The position numbers and the translations under genes are program-made. Positions 9,847 through 21,278 of a DNA stretch of 64,000 nucleotides are shown piece after piece. Below the pieces are notes generated by a model. The model did no database searches. It had not been told where the DNA came from and saw nothing but the letters and a program-made list of their open reading frames with translations. The stretch lies in the sequence record PV764602.1; one strand, given 5' to 3'. The first letter of the stretch is position 1, and every line of letters begins with the position of its first letter.

Positions 9847-10434
9847 GTGACTAATCCCATCCGCATCGCACTCTGCGGCCTGCCCCATTCGGGCAAGGAT
9901 ACCAGCGCAGATATTCTCGTTGACCGCTTCGACTTTGTACGCCTTCGGTTCGCCACTCCAGTCAAGATGGCTGCCGCAGAAATGTTCGGATGGGATGCTA
10001 ACGATGAGGAGGACAAGGACAGTCCTCTGATCCGTAACATCGCAGGAGACTACCTGAGCAAGCGCGACATTTGGCGCGATATGGCGGAGAACTACATCAA
10101 GCCACGCTTCGGGCAGGACTTCTTTGCACGTGCTTTGACCAAGGAAGCATCGGTCCACTATCACTCTGACAACATCGTAGTGACGGACCTGCGCTTCCCC
10201 ATCGAGGCTATGGTGTTGCGCCGTGCGGGCTTTACCGTCATCGAAGTGCAGCGCGAAGACCAGCCCATTGTGGACGGCCTCCACAACCATCGGGTCGAAA
10301 TCCAAGACCTTAGCAACTACATCGACTACCAAATTTCCGCACCCTCGGGCTTGCCTCTGGCGAATCTCCAAGACAAGCTGGGGCAGGCGTTGCAGGGAAT
10401 CCTCGCCAAGATCAATCCTGTAAATAAACGCTGA
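9847..10434 (+). CDS. Deoxynucleoside monophosphate kinase
   Basis: IALCGLPHSGKDT P-loop, FATPVK, VVTDLRFP.E. Confidence 0.85.
   Translation: MTNPIRIALCGLPHSGKDTSADILVDRFDFVRLRFATPVKMAAAEMFGWDANDEEDKDSPLIRNIAGDYLSKRDIWRDMAENYIKPRFGQDFFARALTKEASVHYHSDNIVVTDLRFPIEAMVLRRAGFTVIEVQREDQPIVDGLHNHRVEIQDLSNYIDYQISAPSGLPLANLQDKLGQALQGILAKINPVNKR
10415..10426 (+). promoter_or_regulatory. ATCCTGTAAATA box
   Basis: Exact copy upstream of the peptidase-DpdA-SWIM-sigma operon. Confidence 0.7.
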
Positions 10435-10462
10435 GTATTGAAACGTCCCGCTGGAGACATTT

Positions 10463-11407
10463 GTGCATCAAGGTGATTTTCTGATTATCAAAAACGGGCG
10501 CAAAAATGCGCTCGTCAAGATCGTCTCTATCCCGAATGAAGGCGAGTTGGTCGTCCGTCGTGAAGAGAGCAAGGTTGAAGGTCGTCGGATCACAGAAACG
10601 GTGTCCACTGAATCTGTAATTCTCAACCTCGGTCAAAACCCGCAGCCGGGATTAGTGTACGGCTGCAAGATCGAACCCTACGTTAGCTCCGCCGAGATTG
10701 ACGGATGGGGCCATATCCATTACTACCGCGACCTAGAGCGTGACGAAAAGAAGACGATCAAACGGGCAGCTGCGAAGTCGTGGAAGCACCTAAAGAAGTT
10801 GGGATTGGTTGCGTTCGCACCCCTGACCATTGAAGTGCGATTGGCGAAGGGTAGCGAAATCGGCTACTACAAGATTCACAAGGCACAAGAAACTGACGTG
10901 CTGTGCCTCAAGCCCCGTGAGTTCCACTACGATGAACTGGTCCGTCTGTTCTACCATGAGGCAGGCCACGGCATCCTTGATCGCATGATGCCAGTCGAGT
11001 ATCGCGCTCGCTGGATCAAGGCGTACACCCACTACACTACGTTGAGCAAGTTGGACCCTGACGAAATCCGTGCCATTCGGGCGCTGGTGGAAGGGACAGG
11101 ATCGCTCAACGGTGTTGACGGTGTGGACCCGGAGAAGCTCGACCTCTGCATCGACTCGATTCATTCCAACTACGGCCTCAAGAAGCGTGACATTGAGGAA
11201 CTGCTGGAACAGGGATACACACTTGAGGACTATTGGCCGACGCATCCGCTGGACCTCGCGGACAACGAAGTGCCCCTCACTGATTACGCCAACAAGAACT
11301 GGAACGAATTCTTCTGCGAAGCTCTGGCGATGCACATGACGGGCATCCAACTTCCTAAGCGCATTCGGACCCTCCTACTCAAAACCATTGAAGCTACCAA
11401 GGAGTAA
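10463..11407 (+). CDS. Zincin metallopeptidase-like protein
   Basis: FYHEAGHG (HExxH) and distal TDYA..NWNEFFCEAL third-ligand motif. Confidence 0.7.
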   Translation: MHQGDFLIIKNGRKNALVKIVSIPNEGELVVRREESKVEGRRITETVSTESVILNLGQNPQPGLVYGCKIEPYVSSAEIDGWGHIHYYRDLERDEKKTIKRAAAKSWKHLKKLGLVAFAPLTIEVRLAKGSEIGYYKIHKAQETDVLCLKPREFHYDELVRLFYHEAGHGILDRMMPVEYRARWIKAYTHYTTLSKLDPDEIRAIRALVEGTGSLNGVDGVDPEKLDLCIDSIHSNYGLKKRDIEELLEQGYTLEDYWPTHPLDLADNEVPLTDYANKNWNEFFCEALAMHMTGIQLPKRIRTLLLKTIEATKE

Positions 11408-11411
11408 CGCC

Positions 11412-11627
11412 ATGACCGGGCACCAGTCAAAGCCTGTCGCAACTGCGCTGGACGTGCACCACACTATCAACGCCAAGCTGACCACCACTGCGGAACCGGG
11501 TACCATTATCTGGAGTCCGAAGGAAGCCCCCCTGAGCCCTACGTTACAGCGTCAGATGGACAACGCCATTGTGCGCTATCATCAGCTTCCTGAGTGGTAC
11601 CGACAGGCCGCTGAGAAGAAGGATTGA
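11412..11627 (+). CDS. Hypothetical protein
   Basis: RBS GGAG, fills gap. Confidence 0.55.
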   Translation: MTGHQSKPVATALDVHHTINAKLTTTAEPGTIIWSPKEAPLSPTLQRQMDNAIVRYHQLPEWYRQAAEKKD

Positions 11628-11629
11628 GA

Positions 11630-13336
11630 ATGAGCAAGAAGAAAACGGGAGGGGCACCGTGGGGAGGGTGGACTCCCGCCTCTGACTTCCGAAGCGGAGC
11701 CAGCTACAACTTTGTTCCTGCGGCAAGTGAGTATTCAAAGCGCGGAGGCGTGCATATCTATGTGCGCTATGGTCGAGGTCCGAGCCACGTAACTGTGGTG
11801 GATCATGATAGCGACTTCATGCGTATCAAGTGTCCTGACCGGGAACTGCTGATCGTAGCCAATGGTCAGCGTGCCCATATCTACCGGCCCATGCAGGGCA
11901 CCTACGACGAGTTCTACAACTTCTCGCCGTTCTGGGAACATTCGTCCGCCGACCTTGAATATGGTTGCGTGATGACGAACTACACCAGCTACATCGGTAA
12001 GGAGAAACGCTCTTCGGGCATCCGTCGCAAGGACTTCCGCTACGGGATCGACCAGCATACCAAGATCATCGCAGACTCCGGTGGCTTCCAGTTGGTCAAG
12101 GGTACGGTGGACTACATCGACCCGAAGGAACTGGTCACGTGGTACAACGACAATGTGGATTGGGGCATGGTGCTGGATACGCCGCTGGCGTCCAACGGCC
12201 TTGAAATCTACACTCGGTCCGCCAAGGTGCAGGCTGAGAACACACGCATCATGATGGACAACAAGCGGCCGGGTCTGGAACTGCTGAACATCATCCACGG
12301 TGCGGTCGGCAAGGAAATGGACACCTTCCGCAAGATCGTTGAACGCCCTGACATTGATCGCCTTGCAGTCGGTGGTATCTACTTCGGTTCCATCCTGTCG
12401 AGTATCGACCGCCTGTGCGCCATCATGACAGGTGGGCAGCGATACAAGCACTATCACGCGCTGGGTATCGCCAACATCACGCAGACGATTCCCTTGATGC
12501 GTTTGAGTGGTAGCGACATTGCGCCCCTCATCACCTCGGATAGTAGCTCGCACCTACAGGCAGCTAATGGGCGCAAGTATTACAAGCCCAACGGCACCGA
12601 AGCGCTGCCGGAAGTGCTGTTCTACGCTGACGCGGGTGGCTACCATCCGGGCGGCAACCAGCTGCTCAACTGCACCTGCCCTATCTGCTCAGTGGTGAAG
12701 TACACCGACGTTCTAAGCATGGTCAATAGCAACACGATCACGCTGCTGCTGGTGTACCACAATCTGTTCTCGATCCAAATGTTCCAGAAGTCCCTGTACG
12801 ATCGGGTGGCCGGTGTGCCTGTGGGCGAAGCAAAGGATGCGTTGCGCACCCTGTTCGGTAACTCCAAGGCCAAGCGCAAGCAGTTGCAAGAGTTCTTCCA
12901 CACGCTGGACTTCGTTGATATGGTCAAGACCTCGGGCTTGGCTGATGCACGAAAGGAATTCGCGTTCTACCTGCCGAAGACGGACAGCGACACAGGTGCT
13001 ACCAAGACTCTGTTCTCGGGCATCGAAATGGAAGAGACAGCTGACCCAACCCGAGACTTGGCGATCCTCAAGAAGTACGAGGACGCCCAGGCCGGTAAGC
13101 TCAAGTTGTCCTCTACTCCGGAGCGTAAGCCTGCCCCACCGAAGAAAAAGAAGGTGAAGCTGGAGGCTGAAGAAGGCGCGGCTCCTGAGCCCGAGGTTGC
13201 CGAGCCTGTCAAGTTGGACAAGGCAGGCCGCAAGAAGAAGAACATCGCCAGCGCTACCAAGATCGGTAACAAGGCGATGGGTGTGACTAGAAGCAAACGC
13301 CCCGGTAAGCAGAAGGTCAAGAAGAAAAAGAAGTGA
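11630..13336 (+). CDS. dpdA: TGT-family guanine transglycosylase, DpdA-like, with Lys-rich tail
   Basis: DSGGFQ, MVLDTP, IIHG, VGG, HALG, DSSS, CxCxxC...HN zinc site; QueD nearby. Confidence 0.75.
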   Translation: MSKKKTGGAPWGGWTPASDFRSGASYNFVPAASEYSKRGGVHIYVRYGRGPSHVTVVDHDSDFMRIKCPDRELLIVANGQRAHIYRPMQGTYDEFYNFSPFWEHSSADLEYGCVMTNYTSYIGKEKRSSGIRRKDFRYGIDQHTKIIADSGGFQLVKGTVDYIDPKELVTWYNDNVDWGMVLDTPLASNGLEIYTRSAKVQAENTRIMMDNKRPGLELLNIIHGAVGKEMDTFRKIVERPDIDRLAVGGIYFGSILSSIDRLCAIMTGGQRYKHYHALGIANITQTIPLMRLSGSDIAPLITSDSSSHLQAANGRKYYKPNGTEALPEVLFYADAGGYHPGGNQLLNCTCPICSVVKYTDVLSMVNSNTITLLLVYHNLFSIQMFQKSLYDRVAGVPVGEAKDALRTLFGNSKAKRKQLQEFFHTLDFVDMVKTSGLADARKEFAFYLPKTDSDTGATKTLFSGIEMEETADPTRDLAILKKYEDAQAGKLKLSSTPERKPAPPKKKKVKLEAEEGAAPEPEVAEPVKLDKAGRKKKNIASATKIGNKAMGVTRSKRPGKQKVKKKKK

Positions 13337-13737
13337 AGACCATCACAGACTTGATGGCGCTTTGCCCGAAGGTTCAGTACGAGAAGGCACGAGAGACTCG
13401 CATCTTGAATGCCAGCGCCGGACTGAGCCGCTCGGGTCTTCGCACCATCAGAGCCGTAGTACAGCGCGTCAGCGAGAAGGGCGCACACGACAAGCATCGG
13501 GTAGAGATTCAGTGCGTAGAGCCTGACGCTCTACTCGGTGAGGGCTACGTAAAGGTGTGGTGTGACTGCGGATTCCAAGTCTTCTATGGACAGGAGGTGC
13601 TGCTAACTAAGCAGGGTGCCAGTAGCATTCGGTACTCTGACGGCAGCATGCCTAACATTCGCAATCCGGGCGGAGTCATGATGCTCTGCCACCACACTCT
13701 GCGCATCGCCTTAGCAATACGATCCAAGAAGCTATGA
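13333..13737 (+). CDS. SWIM-type zinc finger protein
   Basis: VWCDCGF...RNP...LCHH. Confidence 0.6.
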   Translation: MKTITDLMALCPKVQYEKARETRILNASAGLSRSGLRTIRAVVQRVSEKGAHDKHRVEIQCVEPDALLGEGYVKVWCDCGFQVFYGQEVLLTKQGASSIRYSDGSMPNIRNPGGVMMLCHHTLRIALAIRSKKL

Positions 13738-14750
13738 GTCGCAACTCTGCATCTATCCAAGCTACAAAGACAGTCAAGGAAACGATGCAGGGACGCTGGA
13801 ATGATAGTCAGATGATGACTGCATTGGACCAGCTTCTCATGCTGGCCGTGGAGCCTATCATCAGGCACACGGAGTTCTTTGATAGAAACATGCCAGCGAT
13901 GCTTTGCTGGTACGCAACAAACACAGGACGCAAGATTAGTTCGGTTGACAAGCCCAAGGTTCTGCACCTCATGAACCTGTACTTGTTGGCCGACAAGGCT
14001 CAGGATAAGGTGCGCTTGGTGCGCCGAATGAAGCTGGAGAGAAACATCCTCTTCTTCATCATCAAGCGCTTCTGCACGTTGGCCAAGGACTATCCGAAAT
14101 TGGAGGTGCTTTACGCTCAGAAGCGCCTGCCGTCGCGTCGGATAGCTATGGAGAGGATTGAGCAGCTAGTCGGTGCGGGTAAGAACCTAGGTCGCGTGCT
14201 TCAACGCGTCAAGTCATGGGAAACCGAAGCTACCAAATTCAGGAATCAGATTCTTGAACGGTTCATGCGGCACGCCATGATGCAAGCGGTGAAGTTCAAC
14301 AGGGAGAATCCACGCACTGACCTTGAAGACGTAACGCAAAACTTTGTGCTGGCGGTGAACAAAGCGGTGAACAAGATGAACCCCGATAAGGGAACGCTCG
14401 CTCCTTATACTCAGAACTGGATCACGAATGCCAAGCATTCGCCTACACAGTCTCATGAGTACGGGATCGCATACTCCCTGTCTCCGCATGCAAAGCGGGC
14501 TGTGGCTAGGGGCGATCTACAACTGGTGAATATTTCTTCGGACTTTGAGACTGAGGAAGTGTTCAACCAACCGGATAGCACAGATGAGTTTGAGAAACTC
14601 ACCGAGGAAGATCGGGCACAGCGGGTACGCCTGCTGGCAAAGATTGCTGACCCGGATGGTTTTGCGCGCCAAGAGTTGGGCATTGAGGAACTGCTGCTTC
14701 CGCATGAAGTGGTACGCATCGACGCCAAACGACATTCTTGTAAACAATAA
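13734..14750 (+). CDS. Phage sigma factor (sigma-70 region 2-like)
   Basis: DLEDVTQNFVLAVNKAVNKMNPDKGTLAPYTQNWITNA parallels DLIQEG..GL.KAV.KFDP.KG..FSTYA.WWI. Confidence 0.75.
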   Translation: MSRNSASIQATKTVKETMQGRWNDSQMMTALDQLLMLAVEPIIRHTEFFDRNMPAMLCWYATNTGRKISSVDKPKVLHLMNLYLLADKAQDKVRLVRRMKLERNILFFIIKRFCTLAKDYPKLEVLYAQKRLPSRRIAMERIEQLVGAGKNLGRVLQRVKSWETEATKFRNQILERFMRHAMMQAVKFNRENPRTDLEDVTQNFVLAVNKAVNKMNPDKGTLAPYTQNWITNAKHSPTQSHEYGIAYSLSPHAKRAVARGDLQLVNISSDFETEEVFNQPDSTDEFEKLTEEDRAQRVRLLAKIADPDGFARQELGIEELLLPHEVVRIDAKRHSCKQ

Positions 14751-14773
14751 GTGATTCAACAGGAGACCCAACT

Positions 14774-16171
<1,398 letters not shown>

Positions 16172-16278
16172 CCTCGGCAGTCCCTGATTGGCCTAAAAAC
16201 ACAGGAAAATCCTTGCCTCAAAACGCCCAAAAGTCGGTAGGATTAGGGGTTTTGAGGCATCCTGGGACCATCAGATTT

Positions 16279-16314
16279 GGGAGGACGTGCTACCCCACGT
16301 CCTCCCTTATTTTT
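16279..16314 (+). terminator. Rho-independent terminator
   Basis: GGGAGGACGTG-ctaccc-CACGTCCTCCC then TTATTTTT. Confidence 0.85.
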
Positions 16315-16337
16315 CGGTATTTTCGACGGAATCCAGT

Positions 16338-17807
16338 ATGGCAAAGAAGGCTGTCAAGCCTGCAAAGAAATCGGTAAAGAAGGGAGCGGCCAAGGCTGCC
16401 TCCAAGAAGAAGGAAGCCCCAGCTAAACTCAAGGCTTCTGCACCTGCGGTAAAGGTTTGGCGTCCTAACTACGACGACGTTATCACGGTCGTGGAAAAGA
16501 AGTCCAAGCTGTCTAGCAACATGCAGAATCGTTTCGACTACGCCATGCACTCGGGACTGCTCTGTCAGGACATGCTGCTGGGTGGTGGCTACGTGTATGG
16601 TGCAATGGTAACGAACGTCGGTGGTGAACAGTCTGCCAAGTCCACCAACTGCTCTAACTTCCTCGCCACCTTGCTCGACCTGCCGGAAGAAGAACAGCCC
16701 GGTCTGATTGTGTCTGCCGACCCCGAGGGTTCGACCGATGCAGTCTACATGAGCAACATGATGAAGAATCGAATTCCGGTAGAGGAAATCTTTGGCCAGC
16801 GCGCCAAGGACGGGTCGTGGGCTGTACGCCCCCGCATCCGCTACTATCCGGAAGAACGTGGTGAACTGCTGCTCAATGCGCTGGCGATGATTCTGCGTCG
16901 TCTGCCGGACATGGAGTTGATGGATCAGCAGTGGTACTACGTGTACGAGAACACCAAAGAGAACCGCAAGATCGTTGGTGATCGGTACAGCAAGCCCTTC
17001 TTCTCCAAGCACAACAAGTTCTACGTACAGGCACCGAACAACGCACCTCAGTGCGTGATCGTGCTGGATAGCTGGGTGAGCTTGGTCCCTGAGAACATGG
17101 ACGATGATGATCCGGCAGCGGGCCTCGCAGCGGTTGCACGTCTGCTGGCCGCTAACCTGTCGAAGATCAAGGGTAAGCTGCGTCGTAAGAACGCTATCCT
17201 GATGGGCGTGAACCAGCTTCGTGAGAAGCCGATGGCGCAGGGTGATCCTCGCTACGAGCCGGGTGGTCAAGCCCTGCGCTTCCAGTCGGACATCCGCATC
17301 TGGCAGACCCCACGCTCTCTGAGCACTCCGCAGATCGGCCTGAGTGGTGCGAGCGGTCCTGTGCACGAAGAGACTTCGGTCACCGGCGAAGGTACTGACA
17401 AGTATCGGTACATCCACATGGTTGCGAAGAAGAACAAGCTGGCCGTCCCGGGCCATGAGTGCTTCGCTCGCATTTGGGTGGCGGACGAAGACGGTATCGC
17501 GCATGGCTTCTGTCCCGCGTTCGACGTGTGGTACTTCCTCAAGATGACGGGCCAGTTGTCCGGCAGTCAGAAGAAGTTCTCGGTTAAGTTGAACAAGGGT
17601 CAAGAGTTCAAGGGCAACATGGTTGACCTCAAGAAGATGATCCTGCTCAAGGGCTCCGAGCGTAAGGAACACTTCCGTAAGATGAAGCTCAAGCCGTTCG
17701 ACATAAAGGCGTTCTGCCTCAAGCAGATCAAGTCGGGCAAGGCTAAGGAACTCATGTACCAGCATTCCAAGGCGGGCGCCGCTGAGGAACAGGAGGACGA
17801 GGAATAA
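16338..17807 (+). CDS. recA: RecA/UvsX-like recombinase
   Basis: Variant Walker A GGEQSAKST, VLDSWVSL, NQLREK, PGGQALRFQSDIRI; start ATG 16338. Confidence 0.9.
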   Translation: MAKKAVKPAKKSVKKGAAKAASKKKEAPAKLKASAPAVKVWRPNYDDVITVVEKKSKLSSNMQNRFDYAMHSGLLCQDMLLGGGYVYGAMVTNVGGEQSAKSTNCSNFLATLLDLPEEEQPGLIVSADPEGSTDAVYMSNMMKNRIPVEEIFGQRAKDGSWAVRPRIRYYPEERGELLLNALAMILRRLPDMELMDQQWYYVYENTKENRKIVGDRYSKPFFSKHNKFYVQAPNNAPQCVIVLDSWVSLVPENMDDDDPAAGLAAVARLLAANLSKIKGKLRRKNAILMGVNQLREKPMAQGDPRYEPGGQALRFQSDIRIWQTPRSLSTPQIGLSGASGPVHEETSVTGEGTDKYRYIHMVAKKNKLAVPGHECFARIWVADEDGIAHGFCPAFDVWYFLKMTGQLSGSQKKFSVKLNKGQEFKGNMVDLKKMILLKGSERKEHFRKMKLKPFDIKAFCLKQIKSGKAKELMYQHSKAGAAEEQEDEE

Positions 17808-18124
17808 TGATGATGCAGGCTATCGACAAACTGCGTGGAAGGTTCGGGCAGCCTGACGGTAGCCTGTCCATCACAGTGAGCACTAAGCACAAATCCGAAA
17901 CGGAAGTGCTGACGCTGAACCTCACTGTCACCTACCTCTATTCACAGATCGGGAACACCATCGTGCTCGACCCCATCAACGCGACAAGCCTAAGCGCGTT
18001 CCTGCGCCGACAGCTTGAACCGAAGATCATCAAGGCATTCGCCAAAGTGAGTGAGTCTAAGGCACGATTGGTTCCCGGCTCTGACCTGAAACATCTAAAC
18101 CGCATTCAATTGATGGAGAAGTGA
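17807..18124 (+). CDS. Hypothetical protein
   Basis: TAATG coupling to recA. Confidence 0.6.
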   Translation: MMMQAIDKLRGRFGQPDGSLSITVSTKHKSETEVLTLNLTVTYLYSQIGNTIVLDPINATSLSAFLRRQLEPKIIKAFAKVSESKARLVPGSDLKHLNRIQLMEK

Positions 18125-18585
18125 GCGTGTACCGTAGCACGAAAACATGGGGCCACGAACGAGGCTTTAGCTGTGCCTTCCGACAGTGGCGTGCTCACGA
18201 CAGCCATTGCCGATTGGTTCACGGGTACGCCCTTGGCTTCAAGTTTGTCTTCGAGACAGACCAGCTGGACGAACGCAATTGGGTAGTGGACTTCGGGGGC
18301 CTTGACGACCTCAAGCAAATCCTCGCGGACAACTTCGATCACACGACCATCATCGCCGAAGACGACCCGGAACTGGAATGGTTCAAGGAAGCAGACCGTC
18401 GTGGTGTGCTGCGCCTTGTCGTGTTCCCATACGCGGGTTGCGAGCGCTTCGCCGAAATGGTGTACGCTGTGACCGAACAGTGGTTAAAGGACGCAGGGTT
18501 CAGCCCTCGCTGTCGGTTGGTGTCGGTTGAAGTAAGCGAACACGGCGCAAACTCTGCGATCTATCATGGCAGTAGTCAAAGCTAA
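18121..18585 (+). CDS. queD: QueD / 6-pyruvoyl-tetrahydropterin synthase family
   Basis: SHCRLVHGY, WVVDFG, FDH, CERFAE, VSEHGANSA. Confidence 0.9.
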   Translation: MSVYRSTKTWGHERGFSCAFRQWRAHDSHCRLVHGYALGFKFVFETDQLDERNWVVDFGGLDDLKQILADNFDHTTIIAEDDPELEWFKEADRRGVLRLVVFPYAGCERFAEMVYAVTEQWLKDAGFSPRCRLVSVEVSEHGANSAIYHGSSQS

Positions 18586-19096
18586 CAGTCGGGTGACTGT
18601 GCGGGAGAAGCTGTACCGTGCAGCCATCGGGCACATGGTCAAAAGAGGATGGGCCGTCCATCGGGAGTTTGGTCTAAACGGTAGGGCGCGGCGAGGTGGA
18701 CAGGGCCACTACCGCGCGGACCTATTCTGCAACACCTTGAAAGGCAAGTACGCCGCAATCGAGATAAAGTCCAGCGTCAGCGATCTACGTGCTGACAAGA
18801 AGCTGCACAACTATTGCGGATACTGCCATCGTCTGTGGATCGTAACCACGGAAACGGTGTGGAAGAAAATGAAGGACAAGTATCCGTTTCCCGAAGGCTG
18901 TGGCGTATTGGTCCTGTCAATGAAGACAGGATTGCTGCGCTCAGTTAGGCGGACTAAAGAGTACGATCTAGGCGATGACGTATGGCGTTCCATTGCTATG
19001 CGCCTGTCATATCGTACAGCGGAATTCAGCAGACGCAACACGGTTCGACGCCGAGTATACCTAACAGAAGCGGAAGAGAAGGCGTCGGGTACTTAG
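18566..19096 (+). CDS. MmcB-like PD-(D/E)XK nuclease
   Basis: RADL...AIEIKSSVSDLRADKK..Y..YCHRLWIV. Confidence 0.75.
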   Translation: MAVVKANSRVTVREKLYRAAIGHMVKRGWAVHREFGLNGRARRGGQGHYRADLFCNTLKGKYAAIEIKSSVSDLRADKKLHNYCGYCHRLWIVTTETVWKKMKDKYPFPEGCGVLVLSMKTGLLRSVRRTKEYDLGDDVWRSIAMRLSYRTAEFSRRNTVRRRVYLTEAEEKASGT

Positions 19097-19114
19097 TGTA
19101 TTGACGAGAGTGTT

Positions 19115-20236
19115 ATGCACTCGCTATCGGAGAAACTCATGCAACACAAGAAGAATTCGTTTGAGGAATTGGCTGCGCTCAAGGGTCACTTGAAGCCGAA
19201 TGCTGAGAACGTCATTGATTCATTTACCGGGCGCTACGCCTTCTTGTCTGAGTCCTACCCTGCGCCTATTGAGCATGCAGGTACTGTGTTCCCCTCGGTG
19301 CTGCACGCCTTCCAAGCGAGCAAGACCAACGATCGGGCACGTCACGCAATGATCCTCCTGATTGATGATCCCCATGAAGTCAAGAAGTTCTCGTGGGAAG
19401 AGAAGGTGGCATGGCAGTGGATTCGGAAGAAGCTGCGACTGCGACTGGAAATGCGTCGTCAGCAATTCCCCTATGGCAGCACTCTGGCCCAGCAGTTGAT
19501 CGACACAGGCGAAGCCAAGATTTACTTCCACAATCGTTTCCTTGATCGGTATTGGGGAGTCACCCGCCGCAAGAATGGCCCGTACAAGGGAGACAACCAT
19601 GACGGCTTCATTCTGATGCAGGTGCGCGACGAACTGAACTTCCGGTCCAAGCTGCATGACGCCTACTTCGAGTGCATGGCCAATCCCGAGAACGCCAACC
19701 TGAGTCAAGCGGCTCTGGCGCTGAACGCTTTCGGTGCGCTGGGTATTCCGTTCGCTCACATCTTCGACAACAAGACTGCCTTTGACAACTCGGACGTGGT
19801 CCCACGTGCGCTGGTGTTGGATGATCGCGTAGAGTTCACTATCGGTACGTACTCGCGCCCTCCTGTCGTCCTGACCATGACGCAGCTGGTGTCGGGTGCC
19901 TTTAGTGAGCACCTGAAACGTGGCCTCGCAGATGGCACACTGAGCATCCAAGGCAACAACGGCCTTAGCGTAGTTCCTCCGCCGACCGAGAAGGAACGAG
20001 CACTGCACGTCTCCGATACCATCATCAAGATGCTGACGGCAATGGGAGTCACCCGGTACAATGGTGAGCCTACTCAGTGCCACACGCTGGAAGAATTCAA
20101 CAGCTGTACGCAACTGCCGTGTTGGTACATCGACCCGAGCGATCCGATGCACTTCCATGTTCGGTACATGCCTACGGACCCTCAGCGTGCGCTGTGTACC
20201 GTCGTTCTGGAGCGTAAGGAAGGTAACGCAGAGTGA
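19115..20236 (+). CDS. NADAR (YbiA-like) domain fused to an unknown C-terminal domain
   Basis: FLSESYP...FPSVLHAFQASK, LIDTG, D.YWG, G.N..G..LMQVRDEL. Confidence 0.75.
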   Translation: MHSLSEKLMQHKKNSFEELAALKGHLKPNAENVIDSFTGRYAFLSESYPAPIEHAGTVFPSVLHAFQASKTNDRARHAMILLIDDPHEVKKFSWEEKVAWQWIRKKLRLRLEMRRQQFPYGSTLAQQLIDTGEAKIYFHNRFLDRYWGVTRRKNGPYKGDNHDGFILMQVRDELNFRSKLHDAYFECMANPENANLSQAALALNAFGALGIPFAHIFDNKTAFDNSDVVPRALVLDDRVEFTIGTYSRPPVVLTMTQLVSGAFSEHLKRGLADGTLSIQGNNGLSVVPPPTEKERALHVSDTIIKMLTAMGVTRYNGEPTQCHTLEEFNSCTQLPCWYIDPSDPMHFHVRYMPTDPQRALCTVVLERKEGNAE

Positions 20237-21276
20237 GCTTCGCCGGAGTATTCATGGGGGACATTCACGCCGACAAACTCGCACACCTGTTCGGTGCTGA
20301 ACGATCCCTTGAATTGCAGTACAACGAGTGGTGCAAGAGTGCCGACTACGCACTTGAGCACGGCATCAAGAATTGGTATCAGATGGGCGACGTAGCGGAT
20401 AAGCCACGTCTCTCGGAAGAGGCTCGCGTTTGGCTCCTGCGGTTCATGCACAAGTATGACGGACTGCTGGAGCAGGATTGGATTCTCGGTAACCACGACA
20501 CCGAGTACGAGGGCTACCATTCCATGCAGCAGTTTGAGGAAATGGCCAAGATGGGCATGTTCAAGTCCATCCGATTCCATTGCGTCAAGAAGCAGGTAGT
20601 GGTCGGTGGTGTCCCCATCAACTTCCTTCCCTTCCCTGAGAAGAAGGCGATGCCTTATCGGAAGGGAGGTGAGACACTCAATCTTGCACACCTTGAACGT
20701 CCGGGCGCTATTCGTGACAACGGCACGCGTATGGACCTCAACCACGGTACGCCCGAAGAGGGTAGCGATCACTGGGTCATTGGCCACCTGCACACGCAGC
20801 AGATGATGGGTAACAGCTGGTTCGTAGGCACGCCCTACCAAACTAACTTTGGTGAGTCATTGCCCAAGGGGTTCGGTGTGTTGAGGGCGAAGCGATTGAC
20901 TTCGGGTAAACTCAAGATCGAGCGCGAGTTCATCGAGACGCAGCCCGGCTTCACCCTGCACAATCTCAAGGTGGAAAAGGTCAGCGACTTGAAGAAGATC
21001 GCAGATGACCCGCTCAAGCTCTACAAGGTTGTGGTGAAACGTGGAGTGGAGTTGCCCTACGACGTAGGCGCGCGCCATCCGAACGTGGTCAATAACGTGG
21101 TGACCTACAAGACGGACAGGCAAGCTGAAACCCTGCTGGCTGACACTGACACTGAAATCAAGTTCGGTATCACTGACAACCTGCATGGTGAATTGAAGAC
21201 CCGAGGTCACAACAAGGCGCAGCGCAAGCGCGGCGAAGCCATCGTATCTGAAATCCTTCCCACTATCGGAGTGTAG
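20233..21276 (+). CDS. sbcD: SbcD/Mre11 nuclease
   Basis: GDIH, GDVAD, GNHD, AH, GHLH, GTPYQTNFGE. Confidence 0.9.
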   Translation: MSFAGVFMGDIHADKLAHLFGAERSLELQYNEWCKSADYALEHGIKNWYQMGDVADKPRLSEEARVWLLRFMHKYDGLLEQDWILGNHDTEYEGYHSMQQFEEMAKMGMFKSIRFHCVKKQVVVGGVPINFLPFPEKKAMPYRKGGETLNLAHLERPGAIRDNGTRMDLNHGTPEEGSDHWVIGHLHTQQMMGNSWFVGTPYQTNFGESLPKGFGVLRAKRLTSGKLKIEREFIETQPGFTLHNLKVEKVSDLKKIADDPLKLYKVVVKRGVELPYDVGARHPNVVNNVVTYKTDRQAETLLADTDTEIKFGITDNLHGELKTRGHNKAQRKRGEAIVSEILPTIGV

Positions 21277-21278
21277 TC

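Noticed and set aside
16290-17765. 491-aa minus-strand ORF (and similar long antisense ORFs at 7071, 19220, 22395, 24746, 44713)
   Set aside because: Antisense to well-supported + genes, with no motifs or RBS; expected from GC-rich codon bias
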